Shown: positions 1 to 10,261, numbered from the stretch's first letter. The stretch: DNA of 60,060 nt from a virus (IMGVR_UViG_3300020201_000020:1-60060); one strand, 5' to 3'. Made by a program: numbers and translations. The notes: a model not told the origin generated them from the letters alone.

Positions 1-89
1 GGACTACTCCGTGATGTCGGTGAAGAGTTCAAGCCTTGATGCACAGACGGTGTGGCGCAGAACTTTATTTTAATAACCAAGGAGAAAAA

Positions 90-356
90 ATGTTTAAGTG
101 GAATGAAAAAAATACCAAAAGCACAATCTGGAATGCCGAGATTGGGAGCAAAGAGATCAGACCGTTCTCTCCAAAAGAAATTATCATAAGCCCAAACCTT
201 CACCAGTTTGAGGGAATCATTTCTGCTCTATGTAAGACCGTTACAGAACTAATGGCACTTGAAGAAGAACGTGATCAGCGAATGATGAATATGATCAATT
301 CAAGACAGCCTTCAAAAGATCAGCTGGAATTATTTGAAACAGTAGAACAACTATAA
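90..356 (+). CDS. hypothetical protein with QLELF (clamp-binding-like) motif near C-terminus
   Basis: AAGGAG upstream of ATG 90; stop overlaps dnaE start (TAATG). Confidence 0.6.
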   Translation: MFKWNEKNTKSTIWNAEIGSKEIRPFSPKEIIISPNLHQFEGIISALCKTVTELMALEEERDQRMMNMINSRQPSKDQLELFETVEQL

Positions 357-3300
357 TGCCTGAATCATTTATCCATTTACATGCTCACTCAGATGCATCG
401 CTTCAAGACGGCTTGTTCAGTCCCCGCAAATGGGCCGCAGCCTATAAGGAGCGTGGATTTATCGGTGCAGCACTTACTGATCACGGCTCGATGGCAAACT
501 CGATAGCATTCTATCAGGCCATGCGTGAGCAGAAGCTCATTCCAATTATGGGTTCTGAAGTCTACTACGTGGATGAACCAACTAAGAAAACAAACGACAA
601 CAGAAAGGCTTCGCACTTAATCCTTTTGGCGAAGAATTATGACGGCTTCGTTAACCTTAACAAGTTGATGAAGCTGTCTTTTACTGAAGGGTATTATTAC
701 CGCAACAGAATAGGGCTGGAATGGCTTACAAAGCATTCCGAGGGTCTAGTATGTTTAACGGCATGTCAGGGTGGAGTTTTGTCACAGGAAGTCTGGAAAG
801 ACTTTAGAGGGCAGGAATCCGATCTGGTCGGTCGTTTCAAACAATTCAGAGAAATATTTGGGAAAGATCTCTACGTAGAGTTTCAAGGACACAACACCGT
901 TTCAACATTAGACGACGGGGTTACTAAATACAATTCACAGGCAATGATTAACGAGCAGTTCTATGAAAAGCTAAGAGGCATCAAAGGCTTCCAGCCAATC
1001 ATAACGAATGACTGCCACTACATACTTCCTCAACATGCGAAAATTCAGAAGCTAATCAAAGACCTTTCATGGAAGCAAAACAACGGCGGTTCTGCCGATT
1101 CTGCGACCGTAACCAAAGACCACTTCACTGATTCGCTTTGGATGAAGAACACGAAAGAAGTCTATCAATCGTTCCGAGTCGAACACGAATATCTTCCAAA
1201 GGAATTCGTCAGAGACGGCATGATGGCCACCATGGAAGTGTTTGAGAAATGCAAAGACTTTGAAATGCCAAAGGGCAAACGCTACCTTCCAAAATTCAGA
1301 GACAAGATCGACTCGAAAGAGTTCTTTAAGCGTTACACTAAAAAGCTACTCGTTGAACTTATAGCCTCTGGTAAAATTCACGACGAAAAGAACGTCTACA
1401 TCGAGCGATATAAAAAAGAATGTCACGTTATCAGTTCTTACAACTTAGAGGACTACTTTCTAATCGTTTGGGATCTAGTTAGGTTCGCAAAGAAAGAGGG
1501 CATCCCTGTAGGCATCGGGCGGGGATCAGCTGCGGGTTGTTTGATTTCATACCTGCTTGGGGTTGTTAAAATTGACCCAATCGAACATAAGCTAATATTT
1601 GAAAGATTTTTAAATGAAAATAGATGTGTGTCAGGCGAACTTCCAGATATTGACCTAGACTTTTCATCCGAGGGACGTGGACGAATCAAACAGTATATTT
1701 TTGATACGTATGGACGTGAGAAGGTTTGCGAAATTGGAACTTACACTAGAATGATGCTCAAGACGGCACTACTAGACTTTAATAGAGCTCTCAACGTCGT
1801 TCCCCACGCAGAGCTTCTAAAGATCACCACGGGGCTTGATCTGGACAAGGATGACGTTAAGGACTTAGACAAGGCAATCGAAAGCAGCGAACGTCTGAAG
1901 ACTGTCATGGAGAAGGAAAAGGATTACGCATTCATAGTGAAAGAAATCATAGGACAAATCAAATCACAGTCTATCCACCCCGCTGGCGTTATTATTTGCT
2001 CCGAACCGATTCAAAACATTACTCCGCTTAAGACGCAGAAGAAAATATTGAAGCCAGAAGAAGTAGAAGAAGGCGGCGTTAAAGAAATACGAGTCCTCAC
2101 TACACAATCAGAAGATAAGTACGTCATTGGCCAAGGCTTAATGAAGATGGATATCCTCGGCGTGAAAGAGTACGACGTGGTTAAGTTTATTATCGACAAC
2201 GCTCCGGGGTTTCCATACACGCTAGAGAACTACGACACAGAAATAATGAACATCGAAAGAAAAAGACCAGACGCTAAGATTTGGAAAATGTTTCAGCAAG
2301 GAAAGACTCAAGCGGTTTTCCAATTTTCCTCAACAGGGATGCAAAAGCTTCTGTTCGACATGCGACCTAATAAAGTTTCAGACCTAACGGCTGCAAACGC
2401 TTTATACCGACCGGGATGTTTGCTCAACGGATGGCACACCCTTTATATCAATCGAAAGCATGGCGAAGAAGAGGTTGAATACGCTCACCCGACCGTTGAA
2501 CAGGCTACTGGCGACACTTACGGAGTTATCGTTTACCAAGAACAGGTGATGGAAGTAATTCACAAGCTAGGGAAAATTTCACTCGTAGACGCAGACACCA
2601 TTCGTTCAGCACTTGGGAAAAAAGACAGGGTTAAACTCGCCAAGTTTAAAGAGTCATTCGTTAAAGGCGCAGAGGGCGACATTGGTAAAGCGAAAGCGGA
2701 GACCCTGTGGGATCAACTAGAACAGTCGTCAGAGTATTCATTCAACAAGTGCTTGGCGGGTACGGAGAGATTCTATAGAGACGGAAATGGAAGAACTAAC
2801 TACACGATTGAAGAAATGTTCCTTATCAGGAATGATAAAGAATTCGCTTTGCTGAATGGCCATAAAAGCCTCCACCAGAAGTATAAACATAAGGGCTATG
2901 GCAAAGCTTACTCGATGGGCGACGATGAGAGGCTTCGTCCTAATGACATTATGGATATAAGATTCGAGGGAGAGAAGGACGTATGGGAGGTTCTCCTTGA
3001 GTCTGGAAAAAAAATCAGATGCACCCTGAATCATAAGTTTCCAACGGATAAAGGGATTAAAAAACTCGAAGAGTGTGAGCCGGGAGATTCTCTTTATGTC
3101 TTGGACAAATATGAAATGGCCGATAGCACATTTAGATTCGGCAAAAAAGACAATCTCCCTAGGAATGGACAGAAAGGTTTTCAAAAGCTTGAATACTCCG
3201 CAACAGAAGACTTTAGATATAAGTCTAGCGTCCTGAAGACTTCTCATGACAATTGTCAAAGCTGCGATAGCATGATGAGTAGGAAAGAGATTCATCATAA

Positions 3301-4417
3301 AAACGGAAATCATGGAGATCAAGATTGGAAAAATCTTGAAGTTCTTTGTCCATCTTGTCATAAGAAGAAGCACTATGCGATGGGAAGAGTTAGGAAAGGC
3401 GAAAAGGGTCTTTTGACGAAACTCGAAAAAATAATCGAGGTCGCTTATATAGGCAAAGAAAACGTCTACGACGTAGAAATGGCAGCTCCTTTCCATAACT
3501 TTGTAACTGACGACAAAATTGTTACCTGCAACTCCCATTCCGCTGCGTATGCCGTTCTCGCCTATATCTCCCAATGGCTCAAAGTTTATTACCCTGCCTA
3601 TTTCTGGGCAGGACAAATCTATTGGGACGTAAAGAAGGGCGACCTTAACTCGATGATGGAAAATAAACGGGCAGCTCAGGAGATGGGAATTGAATTCAGA
3701 TACCCAGACATAAATGATTCAGGATTAGATTTTAAAGTCCTAGACGTTACAGACCCACTACACGCAATCACTGGTGGGAAAAGTGTCACACAAGAAGTCC
3801 TATGGTCGCTTCGTTCGGTTAAGGGTGTGGGGCTAAAAGCAGCTCAGGAAATCGTAAAGTGTCAGCCGTTCAAAAACTTTGAAGACTTCTTTAAGAAAGT
3901 GAACAAGCGTCAGTGCAACTATAAGGTTGTCACAAATCTAATTTACGCCGGATGTTTCGATAATATTGGTGATCGCAAAGACCTACTGAAGAGGCTCGCA
4001 GTTCTTTCTAAAAAGGAAGACCCGAAGGTTACGTCAGACAAGCTACTTTCTGAATTTTACCGGTCAATGGGATTCTACGAGCAATCGTTGAAGAAGATCT
4101 ATCCGGGCTTTTCCACAGGCTGCATAACGGAACAAGACCTCGCTGAATTCTGTGACAAAGACACCGTGATTCTAGGCGGGATCATATCGGCCATAAAGCC
4201 TCACAAGACTAAGAAGGGCGACAAGATGGGCTTTCTAACGCTTGAAGACATGAATGAAAGAATAGACGTGACGGTTTTCCCCGAAGGCTGGGAGACCAAT
4301 AGAAAGCTCCTCAAAGTGGGGAACATCGTAGAGATCATGGGGAAGAAGTCAGAGTACGGCGGGAAGAACAATTCCATCAGTATGGACACCATCAAGGTCA
4401 TCAAAGAAGTTGAATAA
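356..4417 (+). CDS. dnaE: DNA polymerase III alpha subunit (DnaE-type), intein-containing
   Basis: PHP domain (HLHAHS, TDHG, NDCHY), GRGSAAG, PDIDLDF, HPAGV, KMDILG, FNK/SH, C-terminal OB fold. Confidence 0.97.
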   Translation: MPESFIHLHAHSDASLQDGLFSPRKWAAAYKERGFIGAALTDHGSMANSIAFYQAMREQKLIPIMGSEVYYVDEPTKKTNDNRKASHLILLAKNYDGFVNLNKLMKLSFTEGYYYRNRIGLEWLTKHSEGLVCLTACQGGVLSQEVWKDFRGQESDLVGRFKQFREIFGKDLYVEFQGHNTVSTLDDGVTKYNSQAMINEQFYEKLRGIKGFQPIITNDCHYILPQHAKIQKLIKDLSWKQNNGGSADSATVTKDHFTDSLWMKNTKEVYQSFRVEHEYLPKEFVRDGMMATMEVFEKCKDFEMPKGKRYLPKFRDKIDSKEFFKRYTKKLLVELIASGKIHDEKNVYIERYKKECHVISSYNLEDYFLIVWDLVRFAKKEGIPVGIGRGSAAGCLISYLLGVVKIDPIEHKLIFERFLNENRCVSGELPDIDLDFSSEGRGRIKQYIFDTYGREKVCEIGTYTRMMLKTALLDFNRALNVVPHAELLKITTGLDLDKDDVKDLDKAIESSERLKTVMEKEKDYAFIVKEIIGQIKSQSIHPAGVIICSEPIQNITPLKTQKKILKPEEVEEGGVKEIRVLTTQSEDKYVIGQGLMKMDILGVKEYDVVKFIIDNAPGFPYTLENYDTEIMNIERKRPDAKIWKMFQQGKTQAVFQFSSTGMQKLLFDMRPNKVSDLTAANALYRPGCLLNGWHTLYINRKHGEEEVEYAHPTVEQATGDTYGVIVYQEQVMEVIHKLGKISLVDADTIRSALGKKDRVKLAKFKESFVKGAEGDIGKAKAETLWDQLEQSSEYSFNKCLAGTERFYRDGNGRTNYTIEEMFLIRNDKEFALLNGHKSLHQKYKHKGYGKAYSMGDDERLRPNDIMDIRFEGEKDVWEVLLESGKKIRCTLNHKFPTDKGIKKLEECEPGDSLYVLDKYEMADSTFRFGKKDNLPRNGQKGFQKLEYSATEDFRYKSSVLKTSHDNCQSCDSMMSRKEIHHKNGNHGDQDWKNLEVLCPSCHKKKHYAMGRVRKGEKGLLTKLEKIIEVAYIGKENVYDVEMAAPFHNFVTDDKIVTCNSHSAAYAVLAYISQWLKVYYPAYFWAGQIYWDVKKGDLNSMMENKRAAQEMGIEFRYPDINDSGLDFKVLDVTDPLHAITGGKSVTQEVLWSLRSVKGVGLKAAQEIVKCQPFKNFEDFFKKVNKRQCNYKVVTNLIYAGCFDNIGDRKDLLKRLAVLSKKEDPKVTSDKLLSEFYRSMGFYEQSLKKIYPGFSTGCITEQDLAEFCDKDTVILGGIISAIKPHKTKKGDKMGFLTLEDMNERIDVTVFPEGWETNRKLLKVGNIVEIMGKKSEYGGKNNSISMDTIKVIKEVE
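2750..3532 (+). mobile_element. intein (261 aa) with HNH endonuclease in DnaE
   Basis: FNK|CLAG...VYDVEM..FHNF..VTCN|SHSAAY; block B CTLNHKF; CQSC...HHKNGNH...NLEVLCPSCH. Confidence 0.93.
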
Positions 4418-4451
4418 GGCGATTTAAAAAGATGAAACGTATAAGGATGGT

Positions 4452-4889
4452 ATGAAGGATTTTAAAGTTGAAATTGAAGGATTGATGCCAGAGAAGCTTT
4501 CCCTACAGGTTAGGGAGTCTTTGAAAATATCTGAAGACATTGATACCGAGGTTGACCAAGCGGCGGCAGAGTACGGGTTCTATGCGATTCTCGCTGAGAA
4601 GGCTGAGACACGTCATCAGAAGCTTAAATTCGCTCATGAGAAGTGGAAGGCTGAGTATGAGACATCAGAGAATGCTCAACGCCACAGGGACGGTTTAAAG
4701 TCCCGAACAGAAGCACAGATGAAAGCAATGGTCGCATCAAGCGAAAGAAATAAAGCATACCAGCTAAAACTTATAAAATTAGATGAAGACAGAAGAAACA
4801 TGAAAGCCCTAGCAAAAGCATTTGAATTAAAAAGTGAAATGATTAGAACTAAAGCAAGCAATAGAAGAAGTGAAAGGCCAACTAGATAA
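4452..4889 (+). CDS. UvsY-like recombination mediator
   Basis: 145-aa coiled-coil protein ending KAFELKSEMIRT..R; lies next to SSB and RecA. Confidence 0.6.
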   Translation: MKDFKVEIEGLMPEKLSLQVRESLKISEDIDTEVDQAAAEYGFYAILAEKAETRHQKLKFAHEKWKAEYETSENAQRHRDGLKSRTEAQMKAMVASSERNKAYQLKLIKLDEDRRNMKALAKAFELKSEMIRTKASNRRSERPTR

Positions 4890-4896
4890 AGGAGTA

Positions 4897-5718
4897 ATGG
4901 TGAAGAAACTTATTGTACCTATTAAAGAAGAAGAAAAGATTTTAGAGCAAGCTCGAGAATTGTTTTCGACTATGCAGAAATCATGGTGGGAGTTTGCCAA
5001 ACTAATCTATGCGATTAAGGAAGGCGAAACGTACAAGGTCAAAGGCTTTGATACGTTCAAGGATTACTGTGAGTCTGACTATGCGGAAGTGAACTATAAG
5101 ACTGTTCTTAAGTTCTGCACGATTGTTGAGTCTTGGGGAAAACATATTGAGTCTAAAATCGCAAAAGATGCTGACTATAGAATCCCTGCCTATGAGGCTT
5201 GTTATGCCGTTATCTCAGTGAAGGACGGAGCACTTCCTAAAGAAGACGTGGACAAGTTGAAGCGTGACGTTCTGGAAAGAAAGCTATCGTACCATCGGCT
5301 ACGGGAGAAGATGAAGGAGCTATTGGATTCAAAACGCAAAGAGACTAAAGACTTTGTTAAGAAATCTTCTGACGACATTAAGCGTCTTGAGGATGATCTT
5401 ACGTCACAGATTGATGACGAAGACGAAGAGGATACTACGTTCACGGATGACGGAGACAGCGATGCAGAGCCATTGTTTGATTCGTTTGAAGAGGGTGACC
5501 TTGAAGACCTTTCGCCTGAAGACTTTGAATCTAATGATGACGCTCTTGTGGCAAAAACAACTAAGCACACTAAAGACCTAACTGAAACTTTAAAACTATT
5601 AACCGACAAAGTTGAAGGAATGAAACTCAATAAGAAAATTAGATCACTAGCGGTAGACCTAGACAGCCTTAACAGCAATGTAAATGACGTTTTAACAATC
5701 ATCGAGGAGATGCAATAA
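4897..5718 (+). CDS. hypothetical DNA-binding protein (DUF3102-like N-terminus, acidic linker)
   Basis: WEFAKLIYAIKE..Y...GFDTFKDYCE pattern; AAAGGAG SD. Confidence 0.5.
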   Translation: MVKKLIVPIKEEEKILEQARELFSTMQKSWWEFAKLIYAIKEGETYKVKGFDTFKDYCESDYAEVNYKTVLKFCTIVESWGKHIESKIAKDADYRIPAYEACYAVISVKDGALPKEDVDKLKRDVLERKLSYHRLREKMKELLDSKRKETKDFVKKSSDDIKRLEDDLTSQIDDEDEEDTTFTDDGDSDAEPLFDSFEEGDLEDLSPEDFESNDDALVAKTTKHTKDLTETLKLLTDKVEGMKLNKKIRSLAVDLDSLNSNVNDVLTIIEEMQ

Positions 5719-6756
5719 ATGAAAACAGCAACAGGAACAAAGAAGCCATCAATGCTCGACAAAATCAGAGACGAGCAAGCACGAATCGCCAAGAAAAAAG
5801 AAAGCCAAGGCGGGTTTGAAAAGGTCGACTGGTATAAGCCGGAAGAGGGTGACAATTTAATTAGAATTCTCCCCGCTGCAAAAGCTGACGATCTTCCTTT
5901 CAAAGTGGTTCACCTCCATTACATCTCCATCAAGAAGCGTGACGGAGGAATCGTTAATGGAATCCCTGTCCGTTGTCATGAGGACTTTGGAGAAGAATGC
6001 CCACTATGCTCTGCAGTTCGTGAGTTATACACGGGAACAGATAAGCAGAAAGAAACAGCGAAACAAATCAGAGCTAGAGAAGTTTATCTCTACAACATCA
6101 TCAACTTTAAAGATCGTAAAGTTCAGCCGTATGCTGCTGGGATCACAGTACATGAAGAAATTCTCACTTATGCTGGCGACGTTGGGCTTGGGATCTTCGG
6201 CGAAGATGGCGGCCATAACTGGAAAGTTACGAAGAAAATTGACCCTAGAAAACCTAAGAATCTCGGGATCAAGTATTCAGTACGCATGGACATTAAAGAG
6301 TCTGACATTCCTTCTAAGTTGAAAGTGCTTCTAGAGAGCGCAACCGATCTTGACTCATTGTATGCAGACAAAGAAATGGCAAACGTGAACGCCTACTTAG
6401 AAAGCCTTGGGTTTGAAGGGTCAGAAGAAGAAGAGGACGAAGTAGACACAAAGAAAGCGGCTCCCAAAGCCAAGGCAGTAGTTGAAGAAGAAGATGATGA
6501 AGAGGAAGAAGTTAAGCCGAAGGCGAAAGCAAAAGCCAAAGCCGTAGTTGAAGAGGAAGAGGAAGAATACGAAGAATACGAAGAAGTGAAACCAAAAGCC
6601 AAAGTAAAAGCTAAAGCCAAGGTTATAGTCGAAGAAGAAGAAGTAAAACCAAAAGCTAAAGTGAAAGCCAAAGCCAAGGTTGAAGTTGAAGAAGAGGAAG
6701 AAGATGAAAGTGAAGACGATGAGTTTGAAAAAGAACTTCGTGAACTAGGGATGTAA
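5719..6756 (+). CDS. single-stranded DNA-binding protein (T4 gp32-like) with long charged tail
   Basis: EGDNLIRILP, H..C...CPLC zinc site, YLYNII, acidic C-terminus. Confidence 0.8.
   Translation: MKTATGTKKPSMLDKIRDEQARIAKKKESQGGFEKVDWYKPEEGDNLIRILPAAKADDLPFKVVHLHYISIKKRDGGIVNGIPVRCHEDFGEECPLCSAVRELYTGTDKQKETAKQIRAREVYLYNIINFKDRKVQPYAAGITVHEEILTYAGDVGLGIFGEDGGHNWKVTKKIDPRKPKNLGIKYSVRMDIKESDIPSKLKVLLESATDLDSLYADKEMANVNAYLESLGFEGSEEEEDEVDTKKAAPKAKAVVEEEDDEEEEVKPKAKAKAKAVVEEEEEEYEEYEEVKPKAKVKAKAKVIVEEEEVKPKAKVKAKAKVEVEEEEEDESEDDEFEKELRELGM
6457..6720 (+). repeat. degenerate in-frame tandem repeat, about 4 copies (KPKAKxKAKAxVEEEEE)
   Basis: alternating Lys/Ala and poly-Glu blocks in the SSB tail. 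Confidence 0.8.
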
Positions 6757-6757
6757 T

Positions 6758-6973
6758 ATGGCAGATAGAATTTCTTATTCTTTTAACGCCAAGGTCAACA
6801 TAGGGAATTATGAAAGCTTGGGATTTCATCTTTCCTTTGAGACTGATGTGAAGGAGGGTGAAAATCCCTCCCAAACACTTAAACGAGTACAGTATTTTGT
6901 AGAGAAAAAAGCAGAGGAGAAGATGGATGAATTTAGAACACTCAAGCGAACCGATGGTGCAACCGAGGATTGA
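6758..6973 (+). CDS. small hypothetical protein
   Basis: 71 aa, KVNIGNYES motif typical of small phage proteins; tight packing. Confidence 0.65.
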   Translation: MADRISYSFNAKVNIGNYESLGFHLSFETDVKEGENPSQTLKRVQYFVEKKAEEKMDEFRTLKRTDGATED

Positions 6974-8918
6974 AAAATTTGTGAGAACTTCAAAGAAAAG
7001 AGAACCTAAAATTCTCGACGTAGAACCTGAAGCAGTAGATCCGTTAGAGTCGTTGGCACTTTCAAACGACGACATTGATGACCTAATCAGTTCGGCACGT
7101 AAAGAAATTGATGGCGTTTTTATAGCTGACTCTGAAACGGAACTTTTACAGGTTAAAGATTGGATCATAATGCCTAAGCCTATCCAGAAAGTAATTGGAG
7201 CGCAGGGTCTTCCTTGTGGCCTAATTACTATGGTCATAGGGAAGAAGGACTGCGTCGCAGGTAATACCTATATTTCCTATCACACGTTCAGAGGTGCGGA
7301 TTGTATAAATGTAAAGGGCGGGACTATTGAGAATCTCCATAGGAGATTTGCTGAAAATAATGATGGGTTGGACTTTTACATTCAATCTGCTAACGACGAC
7401 GGATTGTTGTTTAGAAACAAGGTTAAGGATGTTTTTAGTCAAGGCGAGAAGATGTGTTACAGGCTCACAACGTCTAGCGGCTTTGAGCTTGTAGCGACTA
7501 AAGACCACAAGATAATGATGGAGGACGGCTCCTATCGGATGCTTGAAGACTTAGCCGAAGGGGACAGGATTGCTGTACACAATAAGACTCGATTTAAGTA
7601 TGGAAGAAAAGACGTAAGCAGAGGGCGAGTAGAGTGGTGCGTGAAGTATCATCCTACTGAGAATCTGAAGCTTGTCGGTGGGGTTCCATATCACAGAGTT
7701 AAGAGATACAGGGCTGTGCTAGAGGCGAACTTGAACAAGATGACTCCTGGCGAATACCGTATGGCTCTAAACACTTGGTCGAAGGAGGAGATATCTTCGC
7801 TGAAGACGTTACCAGAGGGGACTTGGATTCATCACATCGACGAAGACCCAAGGAACGATCGGCTTGAAAATCTAGAGATCGTTGAAGAAAGAGAGCACAA
7901 ATCTCACCACGCCAAGGACGCTCTAAAGTTCGTTATTGGAGCAGACGAAGTTGAGTCTGTAATCGAAGAGGGTATGCGAGAAACCTTTGATATCCAAGTT
8001 GAAGGATCGCACCATAACTTCGTAGCAGACGGCATCGTCGTTCATAACTGTGGAAAGACCACGTTCGCCGTTGAGGCACTTGCCTCGGCACAGCGGGACG
8101 GCGGGATTGCCATTCTACTAGACACTGAGAACAAGTTCTCGCTTAAACGTGCAGAGCAGATGGGGTTAGATATTCGCCGCTTGATCATTATCCAAGCGAC
8201 AACTATTGAGGATGCGTTTGAAAAGTTTCAAGCCATGGTGAATTTGATCAAAAACAAGGTCAGATGCATTGATAAGAAGACAGGCGAAATTATACCTAAA
8301 GAAGCGTATGACAAGCTGGATTCAGTCAAAAAGAAAAAGTACCACCTCGATGCTATTTACGCCTCTAAGAAGGTTGTGTGTGTTTGGGATTCGCTAGGAG
8401 CAACACCGTCAGAAGCCGAAATGGATGACAGCGTGAAAGACTTCTCTATGACAGCCGCCAAGGTTATCAAAGGGCACCTACGCAAGACTGTACGCTATAT
8501 TCGTGACACTAAGCTGGCGTTCGTCATTATCAATCAGGTTTACACAAACATGAACCAGTTCGGTAAAAAGACAACGTCATACGGCGGGTCTGGCCCTGAA
8601 TACCATTCAGCTATCATTTTAGAATTCGTGAAAATGGGCGGGGTTCGTCCTAAAGCTGGGAAGGCGGGAGAAGACTTCTGCGGGATTGATACTCAGATTG
8701 AATGCGTGAAGAACCATCTTTCGCAGCCGTTTAAGAAGATCAAGGTAGCCGTGGACTTCAAAGGGTTCGTGGTAGACCGTGACCCTGAATACGCTCCTGA
8801 AGAAATAATTGAAGAATCAAAAGGGATTGCAGATGATAACGACGAGTCAAGTGTTGAGGAATTACCTAAACGAAAGAAAATTAAAAAGTCTGTCGCAGGT
8901 AAATCCGGAAAACATTGA
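6927..8918 (+). CDS. recA: RecA/UvsX recombinase, intein-containing
   Basis: spliced Walker A GKKD|CGKTT, LLDTEN, VWDSLGA, IINQV, GGSG, CVKNHLSQPF. Confidence 0.93.
   Translation: MNLEHSSEPMVQPRIEKFVRTSKKREPKILDVEPEAVDPLESLALSNDDIDDLISSARKEIDGVFIADSETELLQVKDWIIMPKPIQKVIGAQGLPCGLITMVIGKKDCVAGNTYISYHTFRGADCINVKGGTIENLHRRFAENNDGLDFYIQSANDDGLLFRNKVKDVFSQGEKMCYRLTTSSGFELVATKDHKIMMEDGSYRMLEDLAEGDRIAVHNKTRFKYGRKDVSRGRVEWCVKYHPTENLKLVGGVPYHRVKRYRAVLEANLNKMTPGEYRMALNTWSKEEISSLKTLPEGTWIHHIDEDPRNDRLENLEIVEEREHKSHHAKDALKFVIGADEVESVIEEGMRETFDIQVEGSHHNFVADGIVVHNCGKTTFAVEALASAQRDGGIAILLDTENKFSLKRAEQMGLDIRRLIIIQATTIEDAFEKFQAMVNLIKNKVRCIDKKTGEIIPKEAYDKLDSVKKKKYHLDAIYASKKVVCVWDSLGATPSEAEMDDSVKDFSMTAAKVIKGHLRKTVRYIRDTKLAFVIINQVYTNMNQFGKKTTSYGGSGPEYHSAIILEFVKMGGVRPKAGKAGEDFCGIDTQIECVKNHLSQPFKKIKVAVDFKGFVVDRDPEYAPEEIIEESKGIADDNDESSVEELPKRKKIKKSVAGKSGKH
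7251..8048 (+). mobile_element. intein (266 aa) with HNH endonuclease in RecA P-loop
   Basis: CVAGNT...ATKDHK...HHIDEDPRND..NL...TFDIQV..HHNFVADGIVVHN|C. Confidence 0.93.
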
Positions 8919-9090
8919 GTTTTACGAGTCAGCTACTGACTTGATCACTAAGAACATCCTGAAGCAGCACAATGACTTCGGCGTGTGGGAAGTTGAAAGA
9001 ATAAGTATGCTCTTCGCTTTAGTGGATGAGTTCGCTGAAATGCTTAGAAGTGAATCCCGATGTAAAGAAATGCAGGGAGCCTTAGCATGA
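8809..9090 (+). CDS. hypothetical protein (start uncertain)
   Basis: fills the recA-sbcD gap; ATGA overlap with next gene. Confidence 0.5.
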   Translation: MKNQKGLQMITTSQVLRNYLNERKLKSLSQVNPENIEFYESATDLITKNILKQHNDFGVWEVERISMLFALVDEFAEMLRSESRCKEMQGALA

Positions 9091-10103
9091 GTTACCTTGT
9101 CCTGTACTCAGACCTTCATATCCGTCCAGAGCGACTAGCAGACTGTGAAACCGTTCTGACCGAGGTTAAGAATATAGCTTTGAAGTATGCGAAGAAGGGT
9201 GATGTCACCATCGTAAACGGGGGCGACACTTTCAACACACGGGGGCTAATTAGAACCGTGTGCTTTGACCGTCTATATCACCATTATTCAGAGTGGGCGA
9301 AGCTGGGGCTAAAGCAAATCATTATCGTTGGAAACCATGACCAAGAGGATAAAGAGGGCGACATTCATCCTATGAGAATCTTTTCTACGTTTAAGGGCTG
9401 GCACGTTGTCGATAGGGCCATGAATATTGATGACGTGGTTTACTTCCCTTACATTGAAAAGAAAGACGTGAGGGCTGCTATCGACTCAGTCTCTACGAAG
9501 AGAAAGAAGCCTATAGCAATCACACATTGGGGCTTTATTGGGGCGCATAGGAATGATACGAACATCGACACAGACGGAATCCCGACAGAATGGATGTCCA
9601 AGTTTCACAAAGTCTTTAGTGGGCACTACCACTTTAGGAATGCCATCGACAATGTTCAATATATTGGTTCACCATTCCAACAGAACTTCGGCGAAATGTC
9701 TCAAGAGAAGGGCGTTCTCGTTTACGACACTGAAACTGACAAGGTTGTTTTCGAGCCGATTACTACGACTCCAAGGCATCATGAAGTGGTTTTAAAGTGG
9801 GAAGACGGTAAGGAAGTTTATGAAGGCCCTATGAAGGATATTCGTGAGATTGATTTCGTTCGTCTTAAAGTGATGGGCGACGTTGAAACGGTCAGCGGCT
9901 TCTCGAAAGAGAAGGCCATGAAGAAGATCAAAGCTAAAGAAATTAAAATAGATAGGCACATCAAAGAAAAAGCGTTCACACGTTTGAATCTTGAGGGGCA
10001 TGAGAAACTGGATCTAGGAACACTCATGGTGAAGTATGTAGACTTCATCGAAACAGACCTCAGCAAAATGAAGCTGAAGAAAGTGGGAGATTTATTTTGT
10101 TAG
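9087..10103 (+). CDS. Mre11/SbcD-like metallophosphoesterase nuclease (gp47-like)
   Basis: SDLH, GGD, GNHD, SGHYH, YIGSP motifs. Confidence 0.92.
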   Translation: MSYLVLYSDLHIRPERLADCETVLTEVKNIALKYAKKGDVTIVNGGDTFNTRGLIRTVCFDRLYHHYSEWAKLGLKQIIIVGNHDQEDKEGDIHPMRIFSTFKGWHVVDRAMNIDDVVYFPYIEKKDVRAAIDSVSTKRKKPIAITHWGFIGAHRNDTNIDTDGIPTEWMSKFHKVFSGHYHFRNAIDNVQYIGSPFQQNFGEMSQEKGVLVYDTETDKVVFEPITTTPRHHEVVLKWEDGKEVYEGPMKDIREIDFVRLKVMGDVETVSGFSKEKAMKKIKAKEIKIDRHIKEKAFTRLNLEGHEKLDLGTLMVKYVDFIETDLSKMKLKKVGDLFC

Positions 10104-10261
10104 AAAAACTTTTTATATCCGCAGTCATGATTGGTATGTTGATCTTCTCCTTTAGACAGGGGTTCAAGATTGGAGCGAAGGAAGGCATCAAGCGAGGAGC
10201 GTTCGTGATTACTTGCCAGCCAGCTTTCAATAAAATGATTGGAGCGAACGATGAGCTTTAG
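10097..10261 (+). CDS. small membrane protein (54 aa)
   Basis: GGGAG + TTG; MLEKLFISAVMIGMLIFSF hydrophobic segment; not in ORF track. Confidence 0.45.
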   Translation: MLEKLFISAVMIGMLIFSFRQGFKIGAKEGIKRGAFVITCQPAFNKMIGANDEL

